In this document: in pieces, positions 43,307 to 54,500 of the stretch
Position numbering within the stretch: position 1 is the first letter of the stretch
How the letters are laid out: every line of letters starts with the position of its first letter
From: Halobacteriovoraceae bacterium
GTDB taxonomy: Bacteria; Bdellovibrionota; Bacteriovoracia; Bacteriovoracales; Bacteriovoracaceae
Reading direction: 5' to 3'
NCBI GenBank assembly: GCA_963719505.1
Contig: CAVRCF010000001.1
Location: 576,001-640,000, forward strand
DNA length: 64,000 nucleotides
Program-made: the position numbers and the translations under genes
Notes under the pieces: model-generated
What the model was told of the DNA's origin: nothing
Database searches by the model: none
Seen by the model: only the letters and a program-made list of their open reading frames with translations

Positions 43307-46300
43307 ATGAAAGTTATTTTTTATTTATTATTTATTTTTTCATTTTCTGCTATGGCATCAAAAAATCTTGGTCCAGGGTTAGAAACAATTTGTACTGAAA
43401 TTTTAAAAGAAAACTCAGCGAGATCTTTAGTAAAAGATAAAGATCTTTTTGCTGGAGCCATAGATAGAACTTTGAATGTTGCAATTGCTGGTGTGGCAGG
43501 TGCAGTCGCAGGAGAATTAAAATCTAATGAGGCTCAAAAAGGTGAGAAAAAAATAGAAATAAGCGACAGCGATCGGACCAATTTTTTTGAGATAATGAAA
43601 ATTGTGGACTCTAAGACTGATAAGAATAGTAGCTCTAGTGATATTAGAAAAGCCTGTGAAAGTGCTTCTTCAAAAATATTAACTCATAAAAGTGCACAAA
43701 GATTAAACAAATTACTCAAATACGAGGGTTTGGATGAAAACAATTTAGAAAATGATCTGAAACTTTATGGAAAAAAAGACAGACAAAGTGTATCTGCTGG
43801 CGAAACATCAATATCTAAAAGTTCAACGACATGTAAAACAAGCCTTGATCTAAATGGAACTTTTGGTGAGAGTTGTTCTAGGTTGCCAAGCAAGGTTACG
43901 GATCATTCTGGGGACTCAAATGATCAAACTTTTTCACTACTCGATAGATTTTCTTTCGTATATTCAAAAGATATAACATCTTTGTCTGGTAGACCTGAAA
44001 ACTGTGTAAAATGTCTTGAAAAATTTTCTATTTCAAATAAAGGTGCAGAGGGAATTTCTAACGGGTACCAAGTGGCGCAGAACAAAGTAGCAGAAATTTA
44101 CCACGAAAAGATTGTAGAAGGGAAACTTCAACTTGCATTCGCAGCTGCTCAAAACATAGCTGACCTAAGAGCTTCAAGAGAGAAGTTTGCTGACGGCGGC
44201 AATTACTCCCAAAACTGTCTCGAACAAAAAAACTTCGAGTCTTCTTTACGCAAGAAGTGTGGAGATGATGAAAAAAAGCTATTAGAAGCTAAATTGAGAA
44301 TATCTAAAGCCTTAAATTCTATGGGTGACAACTGGTCTATTGAAAATCTACAAGATTCATTTGAAAATGGAACGAGAAAAATTAAATCTGAAAGCTGTAA
44401 AGGGAGTTTCAGTTCGAGAGATGCCTATCAATACTTCTTGATGAATGAGATGTATGCACCCAGCATCAGTGAAGAAGAAGTTACTTTACCTGGCTTAACC
44501 TTAAAACTTGTTGATGAGACAATTAGTAAAACCAATACGATCAGTCAATTCTGTGCTGGATCTGGAAAGAAAACTGGGTCAGTTGATACTCTATTTGAAA
44601 TCATTTTTGCTCAACATATGAATGGTAGTTTAAAGGGTGCACTGACAAAGGTCAACGATAAGTTAAATGAAGAAACAGGTAGACAGCGTGGGGTGTCTAA
44701 TATGGTTCTAGCTTCAGCGGCTTTGGATGAGATGCGAAAAGCCGATCCTTTACTCAGAATGGTATTGCTTAGTGGTGAGTCGTTTTGCGCTTTTCTAGAT
44801 AAAAAACCCGAGGGAGCTTCAGTAGCCTCACTTGTTGTTAATAGTGACCATTTTAGCCCAGAAGAGCTTTTTAATAATCACAAAGAAATTCTGAATGAAT
44901 ATGAAGGTCGATGTACTTCGTATATTGACGAGCTTGTTGAGTCAGCTTGCTCTTCAAATGAAGGCATGGATACTTTGGTAAATAATGTTATGCCAGACCA
45001 AATCAAAGGTTTAATGGATGAGAGAATTGAACAAATACATTCATCTCAAAGGGATCTTTCTGAACTTGAAAAGTCTGAAATTTTAGGAATTGGCAAAATG
45101 AGCTGCGAGGTTAACTCTCTTTCAGGGGGAGATGATGATGGTGTTATTTTTAAACCCTTAAGTGCAAAAGACTCTTTTGAGTATGGACAAATTTCAAAAT
45201 CAGAAATGTCTGATTTATTTCGAAAGAAGCTATCAGAAGAAATGGATAATAGTCGTTACGTAGAATCGGTAAACTTTTTAGATTACAAAGGAGATTTGTT
45301 TTGTGAAGGCAGTGCTGAAGTTCTTGCAGCAAAACAGCATGTTAACTATGACGTTTATGGAGAAGAGCCGGATGAGGACGTCGTTAATGAAAATATTATG
45401 AGAGGCTATATTGAGAATGAGGGATCAGATGGTATTGCCTATCTACCTGACTCAATAGCTAAAAAGCTATCGCAAGGTAAATCCCCTTCTTCTATTCTGA
45501 AAGAAATGGAAGAAAAGAGAAAGGCTAAAACATTAGGGGCAATTCCATCATCGGGATTTGCAAGCACAAAGACCACTGATTCATTACCAGTAAACGAATT
45601 TGCAGAAGAAAAAAATGACCTGACTCAGTCACAGGTTGTATCTTCTTATGTCAATCCAAAAGAGTTTATAGACGAAGTAAAAAAAATGGACTCAGAAGAA
45701 AAACTTATAGATGATCTCGTATCAGGTAATTCTGAAGCGGATCAATTGGAAAAAGCCTTAGCTAAAGATAGATTAAAAGAACAAGATAAGCTCGATGAAT
45801 TGAATAGACAGCTTGCTGAGATAGAAAAAAAGATAGCGGATGCAAAAAAAGCGGAACAGTCAAGAAAGGCCAGTGAGCTTGAAGATCAAAAGAAAAAAAT
45901 TAAAGAAGAAATTGCAAGCACGCAAAAGAACTTGAACTTTTTAGACAAAGAAAACCAAAAACTTGCAGATAAGAGATATGAAGAAAAAATTAAGGACTAC
46001 GATAGAAAGCCTTCTGGTATCGCGGAAAATAAAGTCGATTCAAATACTGGAAGCTTTCGTCGAGGTAGAACCTCTAACCAGGCAGGCGCTCAATTGAGTG
46101 ATGTTGTCAAAAGTGTAAACGACCAAGTTAACGAGCAGACAAACTTCATAAAGCTTGAAGTCGCACCGTCAGAAATCTTATCCATCATAAAAAACGTCGA
46201 TGCTAGCGGAATTGATACATTATTTCTTGGAGAGAATAAAGATGAGCTTCGTTTTATAAAGATTCCAGGTCAGACTAACTATATTGATGTCAGGCTTCTT

Positions 46301-46528
46301 GATGAGGATACGCGGAAAGAACTTTTCAAAAAACTGGAAATTTCTAGTTCTAGCATTGTAGAAAGTGGAAAAGAAGCGAGAGAGAAAATTGATAAAATAG
46401 TTGAAGATTCTAAAAAAGATGGCGGAAGAAAAGTTTTATTTGAAAACTTAACTTCTTTTATAAAATCATCTGTGGCTTCTGGAGATAAGCAAGCGGCTGC
46501 GATAGCTGCTAGTGAAATACTTAAGTGA
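43307..46528 (+). CDS. Large secreted Cys-containing hypothetical protein with C-terminal coiled coil
   Basis: Signal peptide MKVIFYLLFIFSFSAMA; scattered Cys in the N-terminal two-thirds; K/E heptads around aa 810-900. Confidence 0.8.
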   Translation: MKVIFYLLFIFSFSAMASKNLGPGLETICTEILKENSARSLVKDKDLFAGAIDRTLNVAIAGVAGAVAGELKSNEAQKGEKKIEISDSDRTNFFEIMKIVDSKTDKNSSSSDIRKACESASSKILTHKSAQRLNKLLKYEGLDENNLENDLKLYGKKDRQSVSAGETSISKSSTTCKTSLDLNGTFGESCSRLPSKVTDHSGDSNDQTFSLLDRFSFVYSKDITSLSGRPENCVKCLEKFSISNKGAEGISNGYQVAQNKVAEIYHEKIVEGKLQLAFAAAQNIADLRASREKFADGGNYSQNCLEQKNFESSLRKKCGDDEKKLLEAKLRISKALNSMGDNWSIENLQDSFENGTRKIKSESCKGSFSSRDAYQYFLMNEMYAPSISEEEVTLPGLTLKLVDETISKTNTISQFCAGSGKKTGSVDTLFEIIFAQHMNGSLKGALTKVNDKLNEETGRQRGVSNMVLASAALDEMRKADPLLRMVLLSGESFCAFLDKKPEGASVASLVVNSDHFSPEELFNNHKEILNEYEGRCTSYIDELVESACSSNEGMDTLVNNVMPDQIKGLMDERIEQIHSSQRDLSELEKSEILGIGKMSCEVNSLSGGDDDGVIFKPLSAKDSFEYGQISKSEMSDLFRKKLSEEMDNSRYVESVNFLDYKGDLFCEGSAEVLAAKQHVNYDVYGEEPDEDVVNENIMRGYIENEGSDGIAYLPDSIAKKLSQGKSPSSILKEMEEKRKAKTLGAIPSSGFASTKTTDSLPVNEFAEEKNDLTQSQVVSSYVNPKEFIDEVKKMDSEEKLIDDLVSGNSEADQLEKALAKDRLKEQDKLDELNRQLAEIEKKIADAKKAEQSRKASELEDQKKKIKEEIASTQKNLNFLDKENQKLADKRYEEKIKDYDRKPSGIAENKVDSNTGSFRRGRTSNQAGAQLSDVVKSVNDQVNEQTNFIKLEVAPSEILSIIKNVDASGIDTLFLGENKDELRFIKIPGQTNYIDVRLLDEDTRKELFKKLEISSSSIVESGKEAREKIDKIVEDSKKDGGRKVLFENLTSFIKSSVASGDKQAAAIAASEILK

Positions 46529-46920
46529 TAACTATAAATGTCGCAATTGTCATACCTTTTAGATTTAAAGAATCTATGGAGGTTTGGATGCAAAAGCGAA
46601 ATTCAAAAGATGAATTAAATGGCCTATTAGAATTTCCAGGTGGAAAGATTGAAGCTGGTGAGGACCCAAAAGCTGCTGCGATAAGGGAGACTTTAGAGGA
46701 GACAGGTGTAACTTTAGCTGCCTCAAAGCTTAAATTGGTTAAAGTCTATGACGATATAAAAGCCACCAAGACAGTCAAATTAAATATATTCGCCTACGAA
46801 GATAATGATGAGTTTTTAAACTCTTGGTTCAGTGAGCCTGAAGAATATTGGTCTTTAATCCCTCCAGCGAATCAAACCTTTCTTAAAGAAGTCTTAAGTC
46901 TCTTGAAAACAATGACTTAG
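46525..46920 (+). CDS. MutT-like NUDIX hydrolase
   Basis: GLLEFPGGKIEAGEDPKAAAIRETLEETGV; PPAN. Confidence 0.9.
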   Translation: MITINVAIVIPFRFKESMEVWMQKRNSKDELNGLLEFPGGKIEAGEDPKAAAIRETLEETGVTLAASKLKLVKVYDDIKATKTVKLNIFAYEDNDEFLNSWFSEPEEYWSLIPPANQTFLKEVLSLLKTMT

Positions 46921-47103
46921 GTGATGCCGCAGAGTAACAACTGAATAGACTGAAATGCTCTTTTGAGCTATACTTAATTCTAGAAATATGATTTATTTCA
47001 CTTTTATAAACCTACAAGGAGCTGGACCATAGAGCCCCCATCGAATAATTCAAACTTACAAAAATCACTCTTTAAATATATAGTAAATCTTGGGAGTCTT
47101 TAA

Positions 47104-48450
47104 GTGACTTCTCAAACTCAGGATATAATAATTTTTATTACCGGAGTAATCCTTTCTGCTGTTTTTTCAGGATCGGAAGCCGCTCTCATTAGTATCCCTG
47201 CGAAAAGGGTAAAGCAGTTGATCGAAGAGGGAGGAAGCAGAGCAAACGCTTTTAGATTCCTCGCTGAAAAACCTTCTGAAATTCTCACCACTATTCTTAT
47301 TGGAAACAACTTTGTTAATATCTTTGTTGCTTCATTAGCAACGACAATAGCTCAAAACTACTTTGACGATGACGCTATATCTTACTCAGTTGGTGGTACG
47401 ACTATCTTAATTCTTATATTTGGTGAAATTATTCCAAAAACTTTTGCCCGTAATCATTCTGAAAGACTTGCACTGCCTATCATTAGACTTCTCCAGTTTT
47501 TGTACTACGCAATGTTCCCTGTGGTAAAAATCTTTATGTTTGTTATTGAAGCTGTCCTTGGAAAAAATGCTCAGCTTGCTGAAAGACTTGTCACAAAAGA
47601 TGACATCGAGTTTTTAGTTAATGAGGCTGAAAAAGAGAAGACCATCGATTCAAAGCAAATTGACTTATTGACATCAATCCTTGAATTCCCAATGATAAAA
47701 GTTAAAGACATAATGGTTCCAAGAACCAAGGTTCACGCTATAAAGAAAGAAGCTAGCTTTCGAGAGGTTATTGATCTTGTCAAAGAAGTGGCCCATAGTC
47801 GTTACCCTGTTATGGAAGAAGACTTAGATTCAGTTTTGGGCTTTCTCCACGTTAAAGACATCTCATTTGTTGAGCCCGAAGATAGGGATAAATTCAATGT
47901 TGAAGATCATTTAAAAGATACATTTTTTGTTTATGAGCATATGAAAATTCAAGCAGTCTTTGATCATATGAATAGAAAAAAGGTTCATTTGGCGCTTGTA
48001 AAAGATGAGAATGGACTTGTCGTTGGTATTGTTACTCTTGAAGATATTATGGAAGAAATTTTTGGTGAAATTCAAGATGAGCATGATGATGAGGATGACG
48101 GAATTCCAAAACTCTCTGAACATCAGTTAGAAAATGGACTTGTCGTTCCAGCTGAAATTAGTTTAAGAGATTTAAAAAATGAGTACGATATCGAAATACC
48201 TCTAAACGATAATTACTCCACCCTTCGAGGCTTTTTATTAGATATGCTTGGAAACAATTTCCCGCAGACTGGTAATATTCTCTTTTGGGAAGGTCTATCT
48301 TTTAATCTGCTTAAAGTCGTTGATAAAGAAATCGAAGAAGTTAAAATCGAAAGTACTGATGGTGAAAGATATATTACAAGTAGAAGTGAGGAAGAGGCTA
48401 AAGAAACTTCACTAGAAGACTTTGAAGTCGCAAAGGAAACTATTAATTAA
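47104..48450 (+). CDS. HlyC/CorC (CNNM) family Mg2+/Co2+ transport-associated protein
   Basis: FSGSEAA, TILIGNN, FGEIIPK, CBS pair (IMVPR, HSRYPV, GIVTLEDIMEEIFGEIQDEHD), CorC domain. Confidence 0.93.
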   Translation: MTSQTQDIIIFITGVILSAVFSGSEAALISIPAKRVKQLIEEGGSRANAFRFLAEKPSEILTTILIGNNFVNIFVASLATTIAQNYFDDDAISYSVGGTTILILIFGEIIPKTFARNHSERLALPIIRLLQFLYYAMFPVVKIFMFVIEAVLGKNAQLAERLVTKDDIEFLVNEAEKEKTIDSKQIDLLTSILEFPMIKVKDIMVPRTKVHAIKKEASFREVIDLVKEVAHSRYPVMEEDLDSVLGFLHVKDISFVEPEDRDKFNVEDHLKDTFFVYEHMKIQAVFDHMNRKKVHLALVKDENGLVVGIVTLEDIMEEIFGEIQDEHDDEDDGIPKLSEHQLENGLVVPAEISLRDLKNEYDIEIPLNDNYSTLRGFLLDMLGNNFPQTGNILFWEGLSFNLLKVVDKEIEEVKIESTDGERYITSRSEEEAKETSLEDFEVAKETIN

Positions 48451-48768
48451 CTATTTAAGCTTGGTGAATTCAAAGTCACCAAGGACTCTTGCTCGACAAG
48501 ACAGTCTAATGACCTTATCTTTTGCAGTTCCAGCTCCATTCATCCTTTCATAGTTCTGTTTAATGGCTTCAATAGTATTTTTCTCAATTTCTGAGGGAGC
48601 TTTTAAGTTCTCTGCACCGCTCACAATTTCAACCTTACATGCACCGCAAGAACCTGCGAGACAGCCATGAGGTAATTGTTCACCTGCATCGTCCAAAGCA
48701 TCGAAAAGAATAGAGTTTTCATCGACTTGGTAGCTTAGAGATTTATCTTTAAATGACACTGTGGGCAT
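48451..48768 (-). CDS. 2Fe-2S ferredoxin
   Basis: HGCLAGSCGAC...RLSC. Confidence 0.9.
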   Translation of the reverse strand: MPTVSFKDKSLSYQVDENSILFDALDDAGEQLPHGCLAGSCGACKVEIVSGAENLKAPSEIEKNTIEAIKQNYERMNGAGTAKDKVIRLSCRARVLGDFEFTKLK

Positions 48769-48831
48769 ATAATTTTCACCTATTTATATTTATAACTTCA
48801 CTATCGAAATTGTACCTTATAAGGAGTCTAA

Positions 48832-49953
48832 ATGCTAAGTTTTGAAAAACTTTATTCAATGGGGCACGAAGAAGTTGTCTTCTTTAGTGAGCCATCTTGT
48901 GGTCTAAAAGCTATCGTGGCAATTCATGATACTACATTAGGCCCAGCTCTTGGAGGAACAAGGATGTGGAACTACGCTTCAGAAGAAGAAGCTGTAGAAG
49001 ATGTTCTCAGGTTATCACGAGGTATGACGTATAAAGCTGCAATCTCAGGATTAAATCTTGGTGGTGGTAAAGCTGTCATTATCGGTGACCCAAAGAAAGA
49101 TAAATCAGAAGCACTTTTTAGAGCTTACGGAAGATTTGTAGAGTCTCTTAACGGAAGATATATTTCAGCCGAAGATGTCAACATTACAGTCAATGATATA
49201 GACCATGTATATACTGAAACAAATTATGTTTGTGGTATTGATAAAGCTCATGGTGGTTCTGGAAACCCAGCGCCCTATACCGCTTTAGGTGTTTTTAGAG
49301 GAATGCAGGCAAGTGCTATGAAAACTTGGGGCGATAAGTCTCTCGCTGGAAAGACTGTCTCTATTCAGGGTGTCGGTTCAGTGGGCCTTGAACTTGGGAA
49401 ACTGATTAATGAAGATGGTGGAAAAATACTTTTCACTGATATTTCTGAAGATAATATTAGTAGGTTTAAAGAAGAAATTCCAAGCGCTGAGTTTATTGAA
49501 CCAAACTCAATCTACGATGCGAATGTCGATATCTATGCTCCTTGTGCTTTAGGTGCAACTATTAATGACGACACTGTTAATAGATTAAAGTGTAAAGTTG
49601 TAAGTGGAGCAGCTAATAATCAGTTAAAAGAAGACAGACATGGAGATATCCTTAAAGAGAAAGGAATCCTCTATGCGCCTGACTACCTTATTAATGCCGG
49701 TGGACTAATGAACGTTTCAATTGAGTTTGAGGGTTGGAATGATGATAAGTCGAGAAGAATGATCGATAAGATTTACGATACAACGTTAGCGATCTTTGAT
49801 CTAAGCGAGAAAGAAAATATTTCTGTTAATAAAGCCACTGACTTGCTGGCTGAAAGAAGACTCGCTTCAATGAGAAAAATTCAAACTAACTTTTTAGGAC
49901 GAGGATCAGATCATCGCTTCCCAGGATCAAAAGTAAGACATCAAAAAATATAA
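48832..49953 (+). CDS. Glu/Leu/Phe/Val dehydrogenase (leucine dehydrogenase-like)
   Basis: HDTTLGPALGGTRM, GMTYK, GGGKAV, AEDV, PCALG, GAANNQL, PDYLINAGG. Confidence 0.94.
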   Translation: MLSFEKLYSMGHEEVVFFSEPSCGLKAIVAIHDTTLGPALGGTRMWNYASEEEAVEDVLRLSRGMTYKAAISGLNLGGGKAVIIGDPKKDKSEALFRAYGRFVESLNGRYISAEDVNITVNDIDHVYTETNYVCGIDKAHGGSGNPAPYTALGVFRGMQASAMKTWGDKSLAGKTVSIQGVGSVGLELGKLINEDGGKILFTDISEDNISRFKEEIPSAEFIEPNSIYDANVDIYAPCALGATINDDTVNRLKCKVVSGAANNQLKEDRHGDILKEKGILYAPDYLINAGGLMNVSIEFEGWNDDKSRRMIDKIYDTTLAIFDLSEKENISVNKATDLLAERRLASMRKIQTNFLGRGSDHRFPGSKVRHQKI

Positions 49954-49957
49954 TCTT

Positions 49958-49981
49958 AAGCCCTCGGAAGAGGGCTTTTTT
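49958..49981 (+). terminator. Intrinsic terminator
   Basis: AAGCCCTC-GGAA-GAGGGCTT plus Ts. Confidence 0.85.
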
Positions 49982-49995
49982 ATTAAAAGAAAACT

Positions 49996-50445
49996 ATGAG
50001 CCAAACGAATTATACAACCCTGTTAAATCAAGTTAAATCAGTCACAGAAAATGAAACGAATAGGATTGCGAACTTATCTAATTCTATCGCGTTGATTCAT
50101 GAGGATTTAAAAACTCTTTGGACAGGTTTCTACTTTATTGAGGACAACGAACTTGTTCTGGGTCCATTCCAAGGTCCGGTAGCTTGCACAAGAATAAAGT
50201 ATGGAAAGGGTGTTTGTGGAACAGCTTGGAGCGAAAATAAAGTTCTTAGAATTGCTGATGTTCATGCATTTGATGGGCATATAGCTTGTTCAGCTCTATC
50301 AAACTCTGAAATTGTCATTCCACTACGAAAAGATGGTGCTGTTATTGGAGTTTTAGATATCGATAGCGAAGAGTTTGACTTCTTCTCGCAAGAAGATGAA
50401 AAAGGTCTTTCCCAAATTGTCTCTTACATTGAAAAACTTTTATAG
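49996..50445 (+). CDS. msrC: GAF-domain free methionine-R-sulfoxide reductase
   Basis: WTGFY, LGPFQGPVAC, GKGVCG, HIAC...NSEIV, GVLDIDS. Confidence 0.9.
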   Translation: MSQTNYTTLLNQVKSVTENETNRIANLSNSIALIHEDLKTLWTGFYFIEDNELVLGPFQGPVACTRIKYGKGVCGTAWSENKVLRIADVHAFDGHIACSALSNSEIVIPLRKDGAVIGVLDIDSEEFDFFSQEDEKGLSQIVSYIEKLL

Positions 50446-50571
50446 TATCATTTTGACCCCGGATGAGCCCATTATCAGCTGTTTTGCGGTAAGTATGTAT
50501 TAGTTGATTAAAATTCTTGATAATGTAAATATGGTGCCCAGGAAAACGAAACCAAGGAAAAAGGGGCATCG

Positions 50572-51513
50572 ATGACAAACCAAACAACTTTCAAGTTAAC
50601 TCTCTCACTTTTAGCATTACTTTTTGTTATTAACTCAAACGCTAATGATAAAGTCATTTACGGTGAGGATGACAGGCTTGACGTCTTTGAGGCCACAAAC
50701 AAAAAACACGTTGAGTTATCAAAGTCGACAGCGGCGATGATCCCAACTTATAAAATCAAATCCCTAAATAGTTATGAAGTTCTACTTTCAGGGAGAAGTT
50801 TAGAGGAGGGCGGAAAGTGTGCATCTGAAAAATTTGCAGCTCAACCCACAGTTGCCAACTGCTCAGGATTTTTAGTTGCGAAAAATAAACTTGTAACGGC
50901 CGGTCACTGCATAAAGTCTCAATCTGACTGTGAGAGTAACTCATGGGTTTTTGATTATAAAGTTTCTTACTCCGCTCAAGATGAAGTTGTTGTGGATAAG
51001 AGCAAAGTTTATAAGTGTAAATCAATCATTTCTAGAAGCTTGGATTCAAGTTCTCAAAATGACTATGCGCTTATTGAACTTGCAGAAGATGTTGAAGATA
51101 GAAAGCCTTTAAAGTTTAGAAAGACAGGAAAAGCCAAGGTTGGGGATGAGTTAGTTGTTATTGGTCATCCGACGGGTCTTCCAACAAAAATAGCAGCGGG
51201 AGCTAAAGTTAGAAAAGTGGGGAGCGTTTTCTTCACGGCTAACTTAGACACATATGGAGGAAACTCTGGCTCGGCTGTTTTCAATGCCACAACAGGAGTC
51301 ATCGAGGGAATATTAGTTAGAGGAGATACTGATTATGTTTGGAGTTCAGCTCAGGGCTGTCAGGTTTCAAATGTTATCTCTAACTCAGGCGGAAGAGGAG
51401 AAGATGTGACTCTTATAACAAATATAAAAGAATTATCATCTATCACTCAGAAGAAGAAGAAACTGTTCAACAACCGACAAAGCCAGACTATAGTCATCTA
51501 CCAGCCTGGTTAA
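50572..51513 (+). CDS. Secreted trypsin-like (S1) serine protease; C-terminus possibly frameshifted
   Basis: Signal peptide; VIYGEDDR; CSGFL; TAGHC; DYAL; DTYGGNSGS. Confidence 0.92.
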   Translation: MTNQTTFKLTLSLLALLFVINSNANDKVIYGEDDRLDVFEATNKKHVELSKSTAAMIPTYKIKSLNSYEVLLSGRSLEEGGKCASEKFAAQPTVANCSGFLVAKNKLVTAGHCIKSQSDCESNSWVFDYKVSYSAQDEVVVDKSKVYKCKSIISRSLDSSSQNDYALIELAEDVEDRKPLKFRKTGKAKVGDELVVIGHPTGLPTKIAAGAKVRKVGSVFFTANLDTYGGNSGSAVFNATTGVIEGILVRGDTDYVWSSAQGCQVSNVISNSGGRGEDVTLITNIKELSSITQKKKKLFNNRQSQTIVIYQPG

Positions 51514-51562
51514 GAAGATGGTTGGGGCTAGTTTAATTTTAAAAATATAAAAAGGAAGTTTT

Positions 51563-51590
51563 AAAGCCCACTAAAATGTGGGCTTTTTTT
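51563..51590. terminator. Terminator between the convergent protease and adhesin genes
   Basis: AAAGCCCAC-TAAAAT-GTGGGCTTT plus Ts. Confidence 0.8.
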
Positions 51591-54500
51591 ATTCGTTAGT
51601 TCCGTAAAGGAGTGTCTCGTCTTGATCAGCGGCGGAATTGTAGTTATTTGGTTGGTACCAAGCTCCCACTGGAACCGTCGAAATAAACCTCTGACCTGCT
51701 GTCGGATTTGCTAAGCGCACCTTGTAGGGTGCATTCGTATTTGCTCCTGAACGAGTAAGAGTTAAAGTGGCAGTCGTTGTTCCAGCAGAGTTAACAACAG
51801 CTATCGTTCCAGGGATTTTACTAGCGAAAGCTATATAGTCCGAATTTGTTGGAAGTATATATTTCGTTTTCATGAGATTTGTCGAAATAAATGCAGCCGA
51901 ACATAGTCCATCTGAGTCAGCGAAAGAGGCTCCACTTATTTTCTTATCAGCCGTAATTAAGAGACTTTCACTTTGATAAAGTGTTCCTGTTCCTTGTGGG
52001 GTTATTCTGATGTCTCCAGACTTATTCAGTGATCCGGTTGCTGTAACAGAGTTTGAGTGGATAGCTGAATAGTTTGTTCCGTCAGTAAAAGTGGTCAAAG
52101 TCATTGAGGCTGTTGGAAAACCAATTATTTGTGTGAAGCCGGGAATAAGAGGACTCGGATCTTGAAGGTCTCCTCCTCCTGTCGAAAGAGAATAAGCTAA
52201 AATATTTCCTGTCGACTCTACTTGGTAACTACCGTAATCAGACCAAGCAAGCGTTGTTCCGCTACCTTTGGTAAGAGTTGCACTTGCTAAAAGTGTTGCC
52301 CCTTGCCTTACTTCGATAATTGCATCTTCAATGGCATAGACCTCTAAGTTTTGCGGACTTGTTCTTGTGGCGTTAAAGGAAAATGACTTTCCGGCCCATT
52401 CAGCAGGGTTCCAAGCAATATTCGCGGACTTATCCGCTTGGTCAGCGCTTGAGCGTTTACCCGCCGTAAAGATGGGCTTATCAGCATCAATAATATCGTA
52501 CTTGGCTGAAGTAAACGCAAAGGTCTGTCCCTGATTAAGTGTCGTTAAAGGTGCACCGTTTAGAGTAATGGTCGTGCCATTTTGAAAGGCAGCAACAGTT
52601 GTGGCTGTTGAACCACCGACATTCATCGCGGAGTATGGACCAAAAATAGTATCTTCTGGTTTTGTTTCTGCTTCGGCAATTGCACTCCATTCGGATTCAC
52701 TGGTAGTGTCATAAATGACTTTTGCCCTAAATTCATAGATAGTGCTGGCATCAAGTCCTGTAACTTCAGCGAATGTATTGGAGCTTGATCCATCTGAAAA
52801 AAGAAGCCAAGCAGTAGAACCTTTCAGTCTATAATTAATAATATAGTCATCAATAGTGAATCCACCAGGAGTATCGAGTTCCCAATTTAGACTAACACTA
52901 GTACTTAAAGTCGTTGGAGCTGAGAAAAAAGATATCGTCGGTGTACTTGTCGATTTATTTATCGTTTTTGTTACCTGAGTCGCTGTTGAGTGATCTGCCG
53001 TTAACAAAATCCCCGTTGCATCTGCTAGAGATGATACATCGACCGGTCCCGAACTCCATGTTCCTGAAGTACAAGAAAGAGTGTAAGGGAGACCACCGAT
53101 GTCTAAATTAACACTTGAACCATTTTGAGAACAAGTTCCTGAAGTCGTATAACTATTCTCATTGACCGAGGTTATATCAGGGGCTGATGAAATCGTTACA
53201 GTTTCAGCAGCTGCATCTTTTACGATATTGACAGAGTCTTGAGTGGCCGTTGAATGATCAGCCGTAATAGTAACTACGCCATCAGCTAAGCCAGAAACAT
53301 TAGTTGTCGTCGTCGAAAATGAACTACCAGAGCAGTTCGCGGTCTTACTTATTCCGCCAATATCGATTGAAACAATCGTTCCACTTTGAGAGCAAATACC
53401 AGAGACCACGTAGCTAGTCTGATTCGACAAGTCTATGTTAGGTGCATTGGTAATTGTTACCGTCGGTGTGGCCGTCGTCTTTGTAATATTTTTTGTATCG
53501 GAGCCCGTATTCCCTGCTGCATCGGTTTGAGAAGCCAAAATTGTAACAGCCCCGTCAGGAATAGATGAAACATCTTGGCTGCCAGAGTTCCAAGAATTAG
53601 AAGTACAGACTGGGGATAAGTTGATGCTAGAGATAGAGACACTTACGACTTCTCCATTTTCATCACACGAACCTGAGATAAAATAGTTTGATTCGTTGCC
53701 AGGAATAATATTCGGTGAATAGGTAATAGCCACAGTTGGACCAGTCGTATCTTTGTCAACCGTTGTTGTAACAGTCGTTGAAGTGTTTCCGGCATCGTCC
53801 GTCTGAGTTACAGAAATAGAAATATTTGAGCCATCAGTTACAGATGTGGCATTAACATTAACCGAGTAAGCTCCACTAGAGCATGACCCAGTGGCAGTAG
53901 ACCCTCCGACAGAGACATCAATTGAGCCAGAGTCCTCTGAGCAAGTACCAGAAACTGGATAGCTAGACTCATTAGATTGTATAATATTTCCTTGAGCCCC
54001 AATAGTTACCGTCGGCGCAACGGTGTCTTTCGTAACAGCAATATTTGCGCTGACACCAGTATTAGCTGAGGCGTCAGAAATTTCGGCAGTCATTAAATAA
54101 GTTATTTCACCCAAGCCGGTTGTATCAATTGTCCCTGAGAAAGTGGTGCCATTACAAAGCATTCCAACTGGACTTGTGGCAAGTACTCCATCAAGTTTAA
54201 TGATAACCGTTTCTCCATTTTCACTACACGTTCCACTAACAGCAAAGCTTGTAGAGTCAGAAACTGAATTGATAAAGCTAGCTTGAATTGGTGATGTTAT
54301 GGCCACAAGTGGAACCTCAACATCTTTGATAACGCTTACAGTACTTTGAGTTGCGGGATTTCCAGCTGCATCGGCTATGTCGGCAGTTACTGATACTGAA
54401 GCATTGTCAGCCTCTGCGGAAACATCCCAGTTTGTTACTGACCAGCTTGTTGTTGAACAGGTTGCTGTTGTTGTTAAAGCGCCAAAAGCTACATTTACAG

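Noticed and set aside
43990..44020. c-type heme motif in the 1073-aa ORFan
   Set aside because: CVKC is followed by L, not H.
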